A stretch of 63,960 nucleotides of DNA, filler included, from Guillardia theta CCMP2712 (lineage: Eukaryota; Protista; Cryptophyta), in NCBI RefSeq assembly GCF_000315625.1. It is 5 parts of 5 records of this genome, joined end to end, with 100 filler letters (N's around TTAATTAATTAA, not from the genome) between each part and the next. Parts side by side here need not be neighbours in the genome. Positions count along the whole stretch, not along the records: positions 52,352 to 59,516 come from NW_005434570.1; positions 59,617 to 63,960 come from NW_005434160.1; 3 more parts are not named here. One strand, written 5' to 3'. Below, in pieces: positions 52,899 to 63,960 of this stretch; positions within the stretch are counted from its first letter, which is position 1, and every line of letters begins with the position of its first letter. The position numbers and the translations under genes were made by a program. The notes beneath the pieces are model-generated. The model was not told where the DNA came from. It did no database searches and worked only from the letters and a program-made list of their open reading frames with translations.

Positions 52899-54721
52899 CC
52901 GCGGGAGCTCGATGATGGGAACGCCGATGCAGAAGATCATGACGAGTAGGCGGAGATGCGTGACGTAGACCCAAGGAAGAGGCTAAGCATGGTTGTCAGG
53001 AGTTGGAAGAGGAGAGGAAGAGGAGAAGGAGAGGAGAAAGGCAGAAGCAGGAGAGGAGAGAAGGAGAGGAGACGGAGAGGAGACGGAGAGGAGGAAATGC
53101 GATCAACGAGACAAGCAAGATAAAGCAAAGAGTTGGTGAGTGAGGCATGTATAAAGTGAGAGGAGGTCAATGTATAAGGTGAGGAGGTCATGATAAAGAT
53201 TGAAACGGAGACAAGGAAGAAGGAATAGGAAGATTGGGAGGAAAGAGGAAACCAAAAGGAGAGGGAGTAGTGGTAGTGGTAGTGGTAGTAGTAGCAGCAG
53301 CAGTAGCAGGAGCAGGAGCAATAGCAGTAGCAGTAGGAGGAGAATGAGGAAGAGGAGAAGGAGGAGGAGGAGGAGGAGGAGAAGGAGGAGGAGAAGGAGG
53401 AGGAGGAGAAGGAGGAGGAGGAAGCGGTGATGGTTGTGGTTGTGGCTGGAAACTTTTGCATTTCCTTACCGTGTTGTTGATTCTCTCCATTCCCCCCATG
53501 GCCCCGTACAGGCTCGTGACCTCGTTGGAGATCACCTGGTACGTCATGGCAGCCATCACGTCCCCCCTTCCCGTCCTGCAGCTCAGCTGATACGCGGCCG
53601 ATCGCATCTTGCTCAGGCAATACAGGGGCTGATGCTTTGCCTCCATCATTCCCCTTATCTGATTGGCACGTTAGCAGGAGCCCGGAGGAGCAGGGTCGAG
53701 AAGTAGATACAAGGCGGTGAGCAAAAGGGAAGAGAAGGAGGTGGTGGAAGGGAAGCGAGGACAAGAGGAGGGAGAGAAGGAGGAGGAGGAGGAGGAGGAG
53801 GAGGAGGAGGAGGAGGAGGAGGAGGAAGAGGAGGTGGTGGAGGAGGAGGAGGAAGAGGAGGTGGAGGAGGTGGAGGAGGAGAAAGAGGAGGAGGAGGAGG
53901 AGCAAAAGCAGCAAGAAGGCAAGGGGAGGATGGACCTGTGCATGGTCAAGAATTCCCAGCAGCTCTCTCTCATTCCCCTCCTCCCCCCTAAGGTAGTTCT
54001 TAACCGAGACAGGATACGCCATGATCCACCGCAGGAACTCATCCCTCCCTTCCTCCTCCTCCTCCTCCTCCCCGTAGTAGGTCACGCAGTGGGTAGCCAG
54101 CGATCGGCACAGCTCCACGAGCTTGCCGGCGAAGGCGCGGGACTCGTAGTAGCGGACTGCCGCACGGTTGAGACGGAAGGTAAGAAGGAAAGTCATGCAG
54201 ATCTGAACCCAGGTAAGACTGTTCTCAAGCGATGTCAGGCCCTCTTGTTGTGCGACGTCCTGGGGGGGGAGGAAGTTGAGCAGCTCTAGGATCTTGATGA
54301 GCGACGTCCATGCGATGGTCAAGGCAGTGGTGGCCATCCTTGTAGCATGTCAGCAGGGAAGGAGCGAGGGACAAGGAGGGAAGTTGGAAGTCCCCAGGGA
54401 GTTTGGAGAGAAAAATTAGGATGAAGAAAAGGAGGTGAGTAATCTTAAGCCCGCAGGAATGAGCTTGAAGGCGAAGTGTAGGAGGAGGCGTGTAGAGGTG
54501 GAGGAGAGGAGAAGAGGAGAGGAGAGGAGACAGTCATCGAAGAGGAACAAGTAGCACCATGGTATCGCAATGATTTCATACTGATGCGCTCTCAGTGCTA
54601 GCTGAGGCTTCATGGCGTCAAAGAAGTTCGAAGGGTCGTAAGTCACTGGCCCTTCCCATGCCCCCCTGAGAGCAGCCACCCTCTCCTTGTGGGTATCCAG
54701 TAGCCGAGTGACAAAGTTCAT
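52899..54721 (-). CDS. Bestrophin-family anion channel (UPF0187/YneE/VCCN type), 3' end unresolved
   Basis: FLLTFRLNRAAVRYYESR, KNYLRG, HQPLYCL and GGMERINNT-PLPWVYVTHLR match the family pattern. Confidence 0.88.
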
Positions 54722-55902
54722 GGCGGGAAGGGAGGAGAGAAAGATCTCCTTCCTCCGATGTTGCGAATGTTCCTCACCTCGCACACAGCCCAACACCCTA
54801 CAAACAACCTCCTGTTGTGCTCCTCCCACCTCCGTTAGAGGACGATGACGCGTTTGCTCTCGTTGAGGCCCTCCCGCGATCTCACAGAATCCAGTTCTTG
54901 CACTCGCATTTCCCTCCCTCTGAAATTCCTACCTCTTCTAACACCATCGTTCTCACCGCAAACCTCTGGATCCTTGGTCCTGCTTGGTCCTGATCCTCAC
55001 CTATACCCTTCTCCTCTTCTCGTTCAATCCATCCTCCTCTCCTCCTCTCCTCTCCTCTCTTCTCCTCTCTTCTCCTCTCCTCTCCTCTCACTCTCTTTCT
55101 CCTCCTCTCCTCCTCTTTTCCTCTCCTCCTCTCTCTTTCCCCCTCTTCCTGCTCTTCCCCCCACCCGACCTCCTTTTGCTGCCCCCAGAACCCCGAATTG
55201 AAACACTCAGTACGGTATGTAGTACATCTTTGCTGCCCTTATATTTGATATCATTTTACTCAAGTCTGCTACTCGTAAACTCAAGAAAAAAAAAGAAGCA
55301 AAATCCAAAACAAAAAAAAAAAAAGCGACCCCAAAAAGATCCTTGAAAAAAAAGAGCCGGATGCCTCACAAAGGCGAAGAGAGAGCGGGAGGAGGAGGGG
55401 CGGGAGGATGACGAGGACGAGGACGAGGACGTGGACGTGGAGGACATGGAGGACGTTGAGGACGTTGAGGACGTGGAGGACGTGGAGGGCGACGTAAACG
55501 AAGACGAGAGGAAAACACTGGCAAGGGGCAAAGCAACATGCACACGATGGGCTATAATTCGTTGGTTCAACTCACAAAAAGTAAGTTCAACAAGTGGTAA
55601 GGACTTGTAACCACAAGCGGAGAGCACGGAAACATCTCCTCCAGGAGGGGATCAGCGTCAAACGATCTTCATTGTATCATAATTCGTCGTGGCGGAGTAT
55701 CCATGTCGTGTGGGAGCATGTGGTTCGGAGAACGTGTCACAGTTTGGAAGCAGACAGGGAGATAATAGCAATGCATTTCAAAGCATGTAAACCACAATGA
55801 TCAGGGCTGAACAGTATGAGAAGTGTCTTGATTCGAAATCAAACATCGCTTGCACCTCTGCCGACCGTCGATCGTTTGTCCTACTCTTGCCGGTACATCT
55901 CC

Positions 55903-56358
55903 TTACTTCCTCTCAGGAGCCATTCGAATTGCTTCCGCATCATTCATCATGCTTCTTGCTGCACTGCCTTCACTGCCCAGCACCATCTTGCTATCATTAT
56001 TCATGCCATAGTTCCTTCTCCTCGACTCAGCCGCTTCTTCCTCTCTGTTCATGCACTCTTCCTGAGGCCAACTCCACGTCCTCAACATTTGAATAGTATC
56101 CAGTCAGGCGAACAAGCTTTGATGAAGGAAGTTCTGAGTGTACGTTGTCTGTTATGTTGTCGGTTCTGTCAACGATGTCTCTTCCCCTGCCTCCTTGTTG
56201 TCGCCGCACCTGACCAACACGTCGCTATCTGCCGCCATTTCCCTCCCCTCCTTCCGCACTTTCACGTTGACGCATGTCTCTGGCCTGCTAAACACGTCTG
56301 CAGGCAGAAAGTCACGTGGAGTAAAGCGATGCGAGTCTTTCACGTGTCGTGCTGACAT
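55903..56358 (-). CDS. Possible small spliced hypothetical gene
   Basis: ATG 56358 MSARHVKDSHRFTPRDFLP... with plausible short introns. No recognisable motif, and the end is uncertain. Confidence 0.3.
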
Positions 56359-56579
56359 AAAATGGTTTTAGCCTGTCAGCACACTTTCTTTTTAGTCCTA
56401 AAAAGAGTCTTTTCGGTCGATGGTGACAGTCACTGCGAGCACGGAGCGTTGCTAAACGAAGGGTTTGGTAATGTACCCCTCTTTCCCTATGGAAATTCAG
56501 ATGACCCCCCTTCACATTTGCCTGTTACGATTACAATTCCTTCTCTAGCTCCTCGCCTTTTCCTCTCCTCGCTCCCCTG

Positions 56580-56745
56580 CTCCTTACCGCCATTATTATC
56601 GTAACAGTCTCTCCTTACCGCTATTATTATCGTAACAGTCTCTCCTTACCGCTATTATTATCGTAACAGTCTCTCCTTACCGCTATTATTATCGTAACAG
56701 TCTCTCCTTACCGCCATTATAATCGTAACAGTCTCTCCTTACCGC
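56580..56745. repeat. 31-bp tandem repeat, 5 full copies plus a partial
   Basis: Unit CTCCTTACCGCTATTATTATCGTAACAGTCT read directly from the sequence. Confidence 0.97.
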
Positions 56746-57160
56746 TGACGCCTGCCTCTACTCCCCTCGCCCCCATCGCTAGAGCTCCCTGCATGCCTCA
56801 GCGGCTCTCTACCCTTGCTCGACCTGCCTCGTGCCTGTGTTGTGCCATGCTCCTCTCGTGGACGCCTGTTAGGCGCCCCGCATGCTGCATGGCCCCTCTC
56901 ACATCGCCCTTCCAGCATCGCCCACTCCGCACCCTCCTATAGAGCTCATCTTTGCAACCCGAATCCCCCTCCTATCCTTCAACGGTGTCGCTCTAATTCT
57001 TCTGCCTCTCCCTCCCCTTCTTCCAGCTCTGATAACGCTGATGCTAGTTATTTCACAGATCATAGCGTGCGACAACCGGACTAGGAACGAGAAAGAAGAA
57101 AGATACTAGCGCAGTGATCCTCTTCGGAGAGGAATACTAGAAGAGCCAAGAAGTCACCTG

Positions 57161-57736
57161 ATGCCGGCCGTTTCACAAGTAAAGATCTATCCTCGGCGGA
57201 AGAAAGGACAGAAAGAGAGGGGGCAGCCTGTCCTGCTCTCCCGCTCCTACGTCCTCAAACTGTTCGACATCAAGCAGGAAATTGCGGCAAACCAACTGGT
57301 ACTTTCCTCTCCTCCTCCCTCCCTACTGACCTCCTGGTTCTTCCAGGGCATCTCACTGACTGCGCTGCGCAAGGCATGCAGGAAGCTCGGGCTGCCCAAG
57401 TGGCCGTACATTCGTGGGAGGGGAGAGGAGGGAGATGGTCAGATGAAGGAAGATGCGGGCGAGCCATCGAACGATGCTGAGGACGGATCATCTTCGGAGG
57501 TGGAGGAGGAGGAGAAGGAAGGAGAGAAGGAGGAGGAGATCAACACTGGGCTGTCAGCACGTAGCAGGGACGAACCAATGGGGTCTGACGAGGACGGGAG
57601 AATGGACAGCAGAGGCTGCCGGGCTTGGGGGGAAGGGGAGACGTTTCCTATCTCGAAGACTTTCATCGAATGGTTCCTGAAAGTGTCGAACCCTTGTGAA
57701 GTGTCCCGAGACGAGAGAATAAAGGCGTGTCTCTGA
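57161..57736 (+). CDS. RWP-RK domain transcription factor
   Basis: LFDIKQEIAANQL|GISLTALRKACRKLGLPKWPY after removing the intron 57299-57346. Confidence 0.92.
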   Translation: MPAVSQVKIYPRRKKGQKERGQPVLLSRSYVLKLFDIKQEIAANQLVLSSPPPSLLTSWFFQGISLTALRKACRKLGLPKWPYIRGRGEEGDGQMKEDAGEPSNDAEDGSSSEVEEEEKEGEKEEEINTGLSARSRDEPMGSDEDGRMDSRGCRAWGEGETFPISKTFIEWFLKVSNPCEVSRDERIKACL

Positions 57737-58237
57737 TAGAACAGCCAAAAAACTTCTCGGAAAACTTCAAATTTTGTTCTCCTTGAATTGAAAACCTTGT
57801 AAATTGTATCCTTGACGACCACAGTGATCGATAATTTTTGTGCGATAGCTATGCGAACACTGACACGCCCTAAGTTTCTCCTCAGTAAATGCAAGTTTTC
57901 ATGATTTGTCGTTGAAGTGTTGCGAGTGAGAACGACAAGTGAATTGGACCAGAGGTAAGAGTTTGAGAGCGAGAGAGTATGTTCAGACTCAATGTCAAGT
58001 TGAGCAGAGCACAGGGCGTATAACGAAGTGTAGAGATCAAGGTAGTTTGACAGATTTCTCTATTGGAAGCTACTTTGAACATAAGTTAGGATAGTCAGAG
58101 TCGACGGTGAAAGACAGTGCAAGGGCAGTGGGGAGGGACTGGTAACGAGAGCAGACGCATGAAGAGGTTGGAAACGGTGGTGACTGCAGTAGAGAGGAGG
58201 AAAGAGCGAGTCAAGAGGAGGAGACGGAGGGGAAGAC

Positions 58238-58693
58238 TTAAATAACACTCTGAGGCATACTTCCTGCCGGCCAGACTTCCTGATTGCTGTTGACTGATTG
58301 CGGATCAGAAGAGGAGTAGATAGTGAAAAGAAGAGAGGGAGGGGGGAGGAGGGGCGAGAAAAAGAGCAAAACACACCAAGGAACGGCTAAGGACCACTGG
58401 TCCCCAGAGGAGGAGGAGGAGGAGGAGGAGGAGGAGGAGGAGGAGGAGGAGGAGGAGGAGGACGTAGAGACGAAGAGAGAAGAACGGAGGGGCNNNNNNN
58501 NNNNNNNNNNNNNNNNNNNNNNNNNNNNNNNNNNNNNNNNNNNNNNNNNNNNNNNNNNNNNNNNNNNNNNNNNNNNNNNNNNNNNNNNNNNNNTAGCAGC
58601 AGTAGTAATAATAACAGCTGCAGCAGCAGCAGCAGCGGCAGCGGCAGCAGCAGCAGCGGCAGCGGCAGCAGCAGCAGCAGCAGCAGCAGCAGC

Positions 58694-58745
<52 letters not shown>

Positions 58746-59367
58746 CTCACGGCTGGTCTGCGGATTGTAGGGATAGTCCTGGTCAATCTTGAAACCTTCC
58801 TCCTCCAGCAGCCTTCGGACTTGCAGGTGAAGAGACGAGGAGTGCGTCCCAACCTGTACACGCCGAACTCGCTGGCGGAGAATTTCCCTCGCTCCTCCTC
58901 CTGAGAGAAGGTCGAGCTCTGAGCTCTGAACGTCGATGTCGAGGTAGTCGACGACCTGCCTGCGAGGTCAGAGGCAGAGACAAGGATGGCTGACGGGGAG
59001 GGAGAGAAGGAAGGGGAAGGATAATGGAAAGGGAAGAAAGGAAGAAGAGGAGAGTGAGCGAAAGGGTAGAAAGAGCGGGTGGAAGCAAGGAGAGGAAGAA
59101 GAGGGAAACGGAGAAACGCAGGCAGACACAGGAAAGACAGAAAGAGGGAAGGGAGGAGGAGGGAGGAGGGGTTGGAGGTAGGAGGAAGTAGGAGCGACTA
59201 CCGGGTAGTCAGAGGCACGGAAGAGATCGGAGAGCGACAGAACCTCCACCCCTGACGTCTGGATGTCTCACTACCTACAAACGCCTAGGAGAAAGTCAGC
59301 AGCTGATGGAGGTAGGCGAACAGAAAGGAGGAGAAGAAGAAGAGCGACGAGGACGAGGACGAGGACA

Positions 59368-59445
<78 letters not shown>

Positions 59446-59457
59446 GAGGAGGAGGAG

Positions 59458-59499
<42 letters not shown>

Positions 59500-59780
59500 G
59501 AGGACGAGGGGACGGANNNNNNNNNNNNNNNNNNNNNNNNNNNNNNNNNNNNNNNNNNNNTTAATTAATTAANNNNNNNNNNNNNNNNNNNNNNNNNNNN
59601 NNNNNNNNNNNNNNNNCCTCTTTGTCGTCCCCGTCCTCTCCTCCAGCCCTCACTGTCAACAGCCCTGGCCCGGCTCTCCACCTGAACGACCTCCTTCAGT
59701 CCTTCCGCCGCGCCGCTGCCCAGCAACCTGGGCAGCGGAACAACAAGATCAGCAGCAGCAGCAGCAGGGGGAGGAACGTT
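58238..59780 (-). CDS. FkbM-like SAM-dependent methyltransferase (fragmented by gaps, limits approximate)
   Basis: Exon ~58751-58956 reads VVDYLDIDVQSSELDLL...ILRQRVRRVQVGTHS, preceded by VEVLSLSDLF. Confidence 0.65.
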
Positions 59781-60261
59781 TGACCGTGAGGAGACGGTCT
59801 TTCAACCGCCCCCTCAACCATGATTCAAGCGAAGAGCTTTAAGTAACAGATGAATTTTTCAAGTAAACATTGAATATCAATCATGAACTCGGAACTTCAA
59901 GTTCCATCAGAGTCTACTGAACTTATGATAAGCCAGGTGGATTGCCACTAATAATGACTGCTGTCCTCAGATAAGAATAGAAAATTGCTCCGAGGGGGGC
60001 TCGTTTGATTCTTCAAAAAGCGATTACGTTCCAATAATAATGCTTTGGAAGTTGAGAGAGGGCGAGGGAGATGGCGCGAATGAGAGGTAGAAGGAGGGAG
60101 AGGAGGTGAGAAGGAGAGAGAGAGGGAGAGAGGGAGAGGGAGAGAAGAAGGAGGGAGGAGAGGAGAGGAGAGGAGAGGAGAGGAGAGGAGAGGAGAAAAG
60201 AGGGGAAGGAAGAGGAGAGGAAGGGGAGGAGAGTGCAGGATTAGAGTATAAGACAGGTGCC

Positions 60262-63200
60262 ATGGAGTCGGAAGAGCAACAAGCTGCCTCTGCTCCGAAG
60301 GAGGTACCCAAGAAGAAGGAGAAGGTAAAGCCTGCAGGCAAAGCCAAGGCAGATGGCAAGGAGGAGAAGAAAGCGAAGCCAGCTAAGAAGGAGAAGGCGC
60401 CCAAGGTGAAGAAGGCGAAGCAGGAGAAGCCGCACCCTTCCTCCAAGGCTGGCCCAGGGTTCACGGTCAAGCTGAACGACGAAGATCCTCCTCGAGTGGT
60501 GATCGCGACGGTGAACAAGAAGGGGTATGCTGGGATGAAGCTGGGCCTGAAAGAGGGAGACGTGATCGTCCGAATAGACAACCTGAGCACCGACGGCGCC
60601 AACATGAACGTGGTGAAGTCAAAGCTGATTGGCAAGAGCGGGGACTCGATACGGCTGGGGGTCGAGCGGGTGAACGAAGTGACCAAGGAGAAAGAGACTG
60701 TCGTCCTCGAGCTTATCCTTGACTTCTCGCCCCTGGTCAAGTCCATGAAGGCAGGAAAGCTTGATCAAAGAGGTCTGCCTCCCCTCCCCTCCCCTCCTTC
60801 TCTCTCTCCTCCCCTCCCCTCCCCCTCCATCCTCTTCCTCTTCCTCCTCCTCCTCCTCCTCTTCCTCCTCCTCCTCTTACAGTACCTATGCTTTCTCAAC
60901 TACCTCTCTCACCTCTGCTCTGTCATCTCCTCTCACCACTTCTCGCACCTCCTTTTCCTCCTCCTCCCTCCTCCTCCAGTATCTCCCTATCTCATCTCAC
61001 CACTTCTTTCCTCCTCTTCCCCTCCTCCTCGCTCCTCCATCCCCCCTCCTTCCCGCCATCTGTCCTCTCACTCCCTACGACGGCAGGAAAGTCCACGGCT
61101 CTATCTCTCCACATGGTGGACACTCAAATGAAGCGCGAGCTCTTCTACCTGGCAGGCGCGATGCAGCCCCTCTGCAAGCTGCTGACCGACGGCAAGGCTG
61201 CAGCCCAGCTCGACGTAGCCATCCGCTCCCTTCAGAACATGATGAAAGTCGCCATGTGGGACGACCTCTCTGTAGCGCTAACGGCGCTCGGGAAGCCTCT
61301 GGTGCAGCTGGTGGAGAGGGGGGGGCTGGCGAAGAGGATGATGGCGATGGACCTTCTGGTCAAGATCGCTCTGTTCGCTCCTACCCATGACGCCCTCGTA
61401 GCCTCTGGGCTGATAGAGGTCATCTGCCTCCAGCCCAAGGGCGTTATACCCGCCGGTGCGATCAAGAGGAGCCTGTGTAGCTGCTTGCTCTCCTGCTCTC
61501 CTGCTCTCCTGCTCTCCTGCTCTCCTCTTGCTCCTCCCTTCTTGTTGCTTCACCTGTTTCTCCCCCTCATTCTTCTTTCCGCGAGCAAGGGGACAAATCC
61601 TCCTCCCTCCTCCCTCCTCCCTCCTCCCTCCTCCCTCCTCCCTCAAGCTTCCACGTCTCACCTCTTCCTCTCATCTCTTCTCTTCCTCCTACTCACTCGA
61701 TCGCTCTAGTTCTGCCCAAGGAGACGCCCAAGGGATGGAAGGCAGGCAAGAAGCCTAACGGGTTGGAGGGAAAGGCCGCAGGCGTCCTGAGCTGTCTGGC
61801 GAGGATGGAGGACGGAACGAGGAGGAGGATAAACGACGTGAACAACAAGGGAGTGCACCTGTTAGTGAGGATGATGAAAAGGACGAGGGAGGCAGCGGGA
61901 AAGCTCAACGCTATAGGACCTGACGCAGCTGCGAATGCGACGGATGCTTTGCAGGTGGGAGGGAGAAGCAGGGAGGGAGGGGCAGGGAGCAGGGAGCAGG
62001 AGTGGCAAAGGAGGGAGACAGGAGTCGAGGGAGGATGGCTTGATTGGAGCAAAGAGTAGGAATGAAGATCTAGCGCAAAATAGTGAGAGGCGGAGAGAGG
62101 AGGAGGAGAGATTTGGTTGAGCTGTTGTCTTGCAGTACATGGCGCTGAACAGCAGCTGTCGACATGACATGCACAGGTAAGAGAAGGCCCCTGCTCGAGC
62201 ATCTTGTGCTGTTTGCAGTGCTGACGTGATGGTGACTTTGATGTTGTCAGCCTCGGCGCACTGGAGACATTGATTGATATACTGAACGAGTTTGTGGAGG
62301 TGGGGGATAGGAGGAGTTGGATGGAGGAGAGGAGAGAAAGGAGAGGGACGGGAAGGGAAGAAAAGAGGAAGAGAAGAGCAAGAGAGGAGATGGGAAGGGA
62401 GGAGCGCGGTAGAGACAAGAAGCAAGAAGGGGAGGAGATGAAGGGAGGAGAGAGAAGCTGACGAAGGGAGCAGGAGGCGGGTCAGACGGAAGACGAGGTC
62501 CACAAGGAGCTGGAGAAGTATGCGTCGAACAACATGCGGAGGTTGACAGCACCAGAGTTTGAGAGCTGGTACGCCAACAGCGGGAGAGGGGACGCGCGGA
62601 AGGTGAGGAAGAGGAGGAAGAGGAAGAGGAGGAGGGGAAAAGGAGAGCATGTTCAGAGAGAAGAGGACCGATGGAGGGAGAGAGGAAAGGAGGGGAACGA
62701 TTGTAGTGTTGTACTGAGATGCGAGAGGGAGAGAAGGAGGAGAGGGAGAGGGAGAGGAAGAGGAAGAGGAAGAGGAAGAGGAAGAGGGAGAGGGAGAGGG
62801 AGAGGGAGAGGGAGAGGAAGAGGAAGAGGAAGAGGGAAGAGAGGGATAGTGAAGGTGAGTGAGGAGAGTCCTGACACAAAGATCTGCAGGCGAAGGCAAC
62901 ATTTCGCACCCTTGACATTAGAGGAGAGGTAAGATCGTGGGGGGGGGCGCGGGAGGAAGGGGGGGGCTGGACATGGGAGGACAAGGGGGGATGAAGGGGA
63001 CGAGGATAGTCAATGAGGAAAAGGAGGGAACAAGATCAAGCTGGGGGGGGGGGGAGGGTTGGAGGTGAATGAGAATGACAGGGTACGGCTCTGTTCAACG
63101 ACATTGTCAAGTTCGTACTGGACCCTCCTCCTCAGGCTAAGTTTGACCTGTTCGCGATGATGTGTATCCGGAACGTGGCAGTCGAAGGAGCGCTGAGGGA

Positions 63201-63960
63201 AAAGTTGATTAGTCTGGGGGCCGTGGAGGCGATAGCGGGGAGGAGGCTGGCGACGAAGAGAAAGGAGAAGCGTGCTGCGGCAGTCCTGGCTCTGCTCAAC
63301 CTGTCTTTCTCCCGAGAATGTCATGTAAGCATGCAGGGTTGTGCTGTGTTGTTGTGTTGTTGCGGATGTGCCTTCCTTATGATTGTGCTGGACGTGTTGT
63401 TGTGTGTTGTTGCTGCTGCAAGTGACGCTGTTTGCAAACAGCACAGACTGTTGGCTGTCGGGATAGAAGACAAGCTCGTCTCGCTGCTGGGCAACAGTGA
63501 GGAAGGATGCGCGACGGCCATGATGATGCGGCAGCTGGCGAGCACGAAGACAATGCAGAAGAAGCTGATCGCTGCGGGAGTGATGAAACCTTTGATAGAC
63601 ATGATGAAGGTGATGGAGTGATGTGCGGGTGAATGCGTGCGTGAGAGCTGGAGGATGAACGATGGAGATGATGAAGATGAAGATGAAAATGATGGTGATG
63701 GTGATGGTGATGGTGATGGTGATAGTGTTGGTGTTGGTGATGGTGATGGTGATGGTGATGGTGATATAGATTATGATATAGATGATGATGATGATGGGGA
63801 TGATGGAAAAAATCTCCATTATCATGGAGATAATGGAGATAATGGAGGTAATGGAGATGATGATGACGATGATGATGTCAACGATGACGACGACTGTTAT
63901 GATGGGAGTTTGATTATATTTGTGTAAACTGTACTCTTTGACCTCACTCTTGCAGGGGGA
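60262..63960 (+). CDS. Lys-rich N-terminus + PDZ domain + armadillo repeats; probably continues past the right edge
   Basis: PDZ: GPGFTV..VVIATV..GLKEGDVIVRIDN..KLIGKSGDSIRLGVER. ARM-like: GAMQPLCKLL, LVASGLIE, LISLGAVEAI, AAAVLALLNLS, LIAAGVMKPLIDMM. Confidence 0.8.

Noticed and set aside
56580-56745. CRISPR array
   Set aside because: The repeats are head-to-tail with no spacers, there are no cas genes, and the context is eukaryotic.

Overview
Eukaryotic nuclear DNA from a draft scaffold with N gaps, some containing a TTAATTAATTAA assembly linker. It is gene-dense, with many GT-AG introns that are either very short (about 45-60 nt) or swollen with (GAG)n, (CAG)n, (CAT)n and (AGAGG)n microsatellites. 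This style plus an RWP-RK gene suggests a cryptophyte alga such as Guillardia theta (inference only). About 16 spliced genes are supported: an IGHMBP2-like SF1 helicase, an intronless bacterial-type Ldh_2 oxidoreductase, a PAS-like protein, PIG-U, several membrane proteins of unknown function, a secreted GT61 glycosyltransferase, a Trp-rich protein resembling the starch proteins ESV1/LESV, a giant Ig/ASH-like repeat gene, a signal-peptide TPR/OGT-like protein, a bestrophin, an RWP-RK factor, a FkbM-like methyltransferase and a PDZ-armadillo protein. The best leads are (1) the ESV1/LESV-like protein with a signal peptide plus LRGG, visible only after splicing, (2) recurring orientation-polarised ACCCC/GGGGT islands between genes, (3) a 31-bp tandem array with an inverted copy upstream of the RWP-RK gene, and (4) the possible HGT Ldh_2 and the secreted OGT-like gene. 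Exon boundaries were deduced by eye, and most ORFs in the supplied track are microsatellite artefacts.
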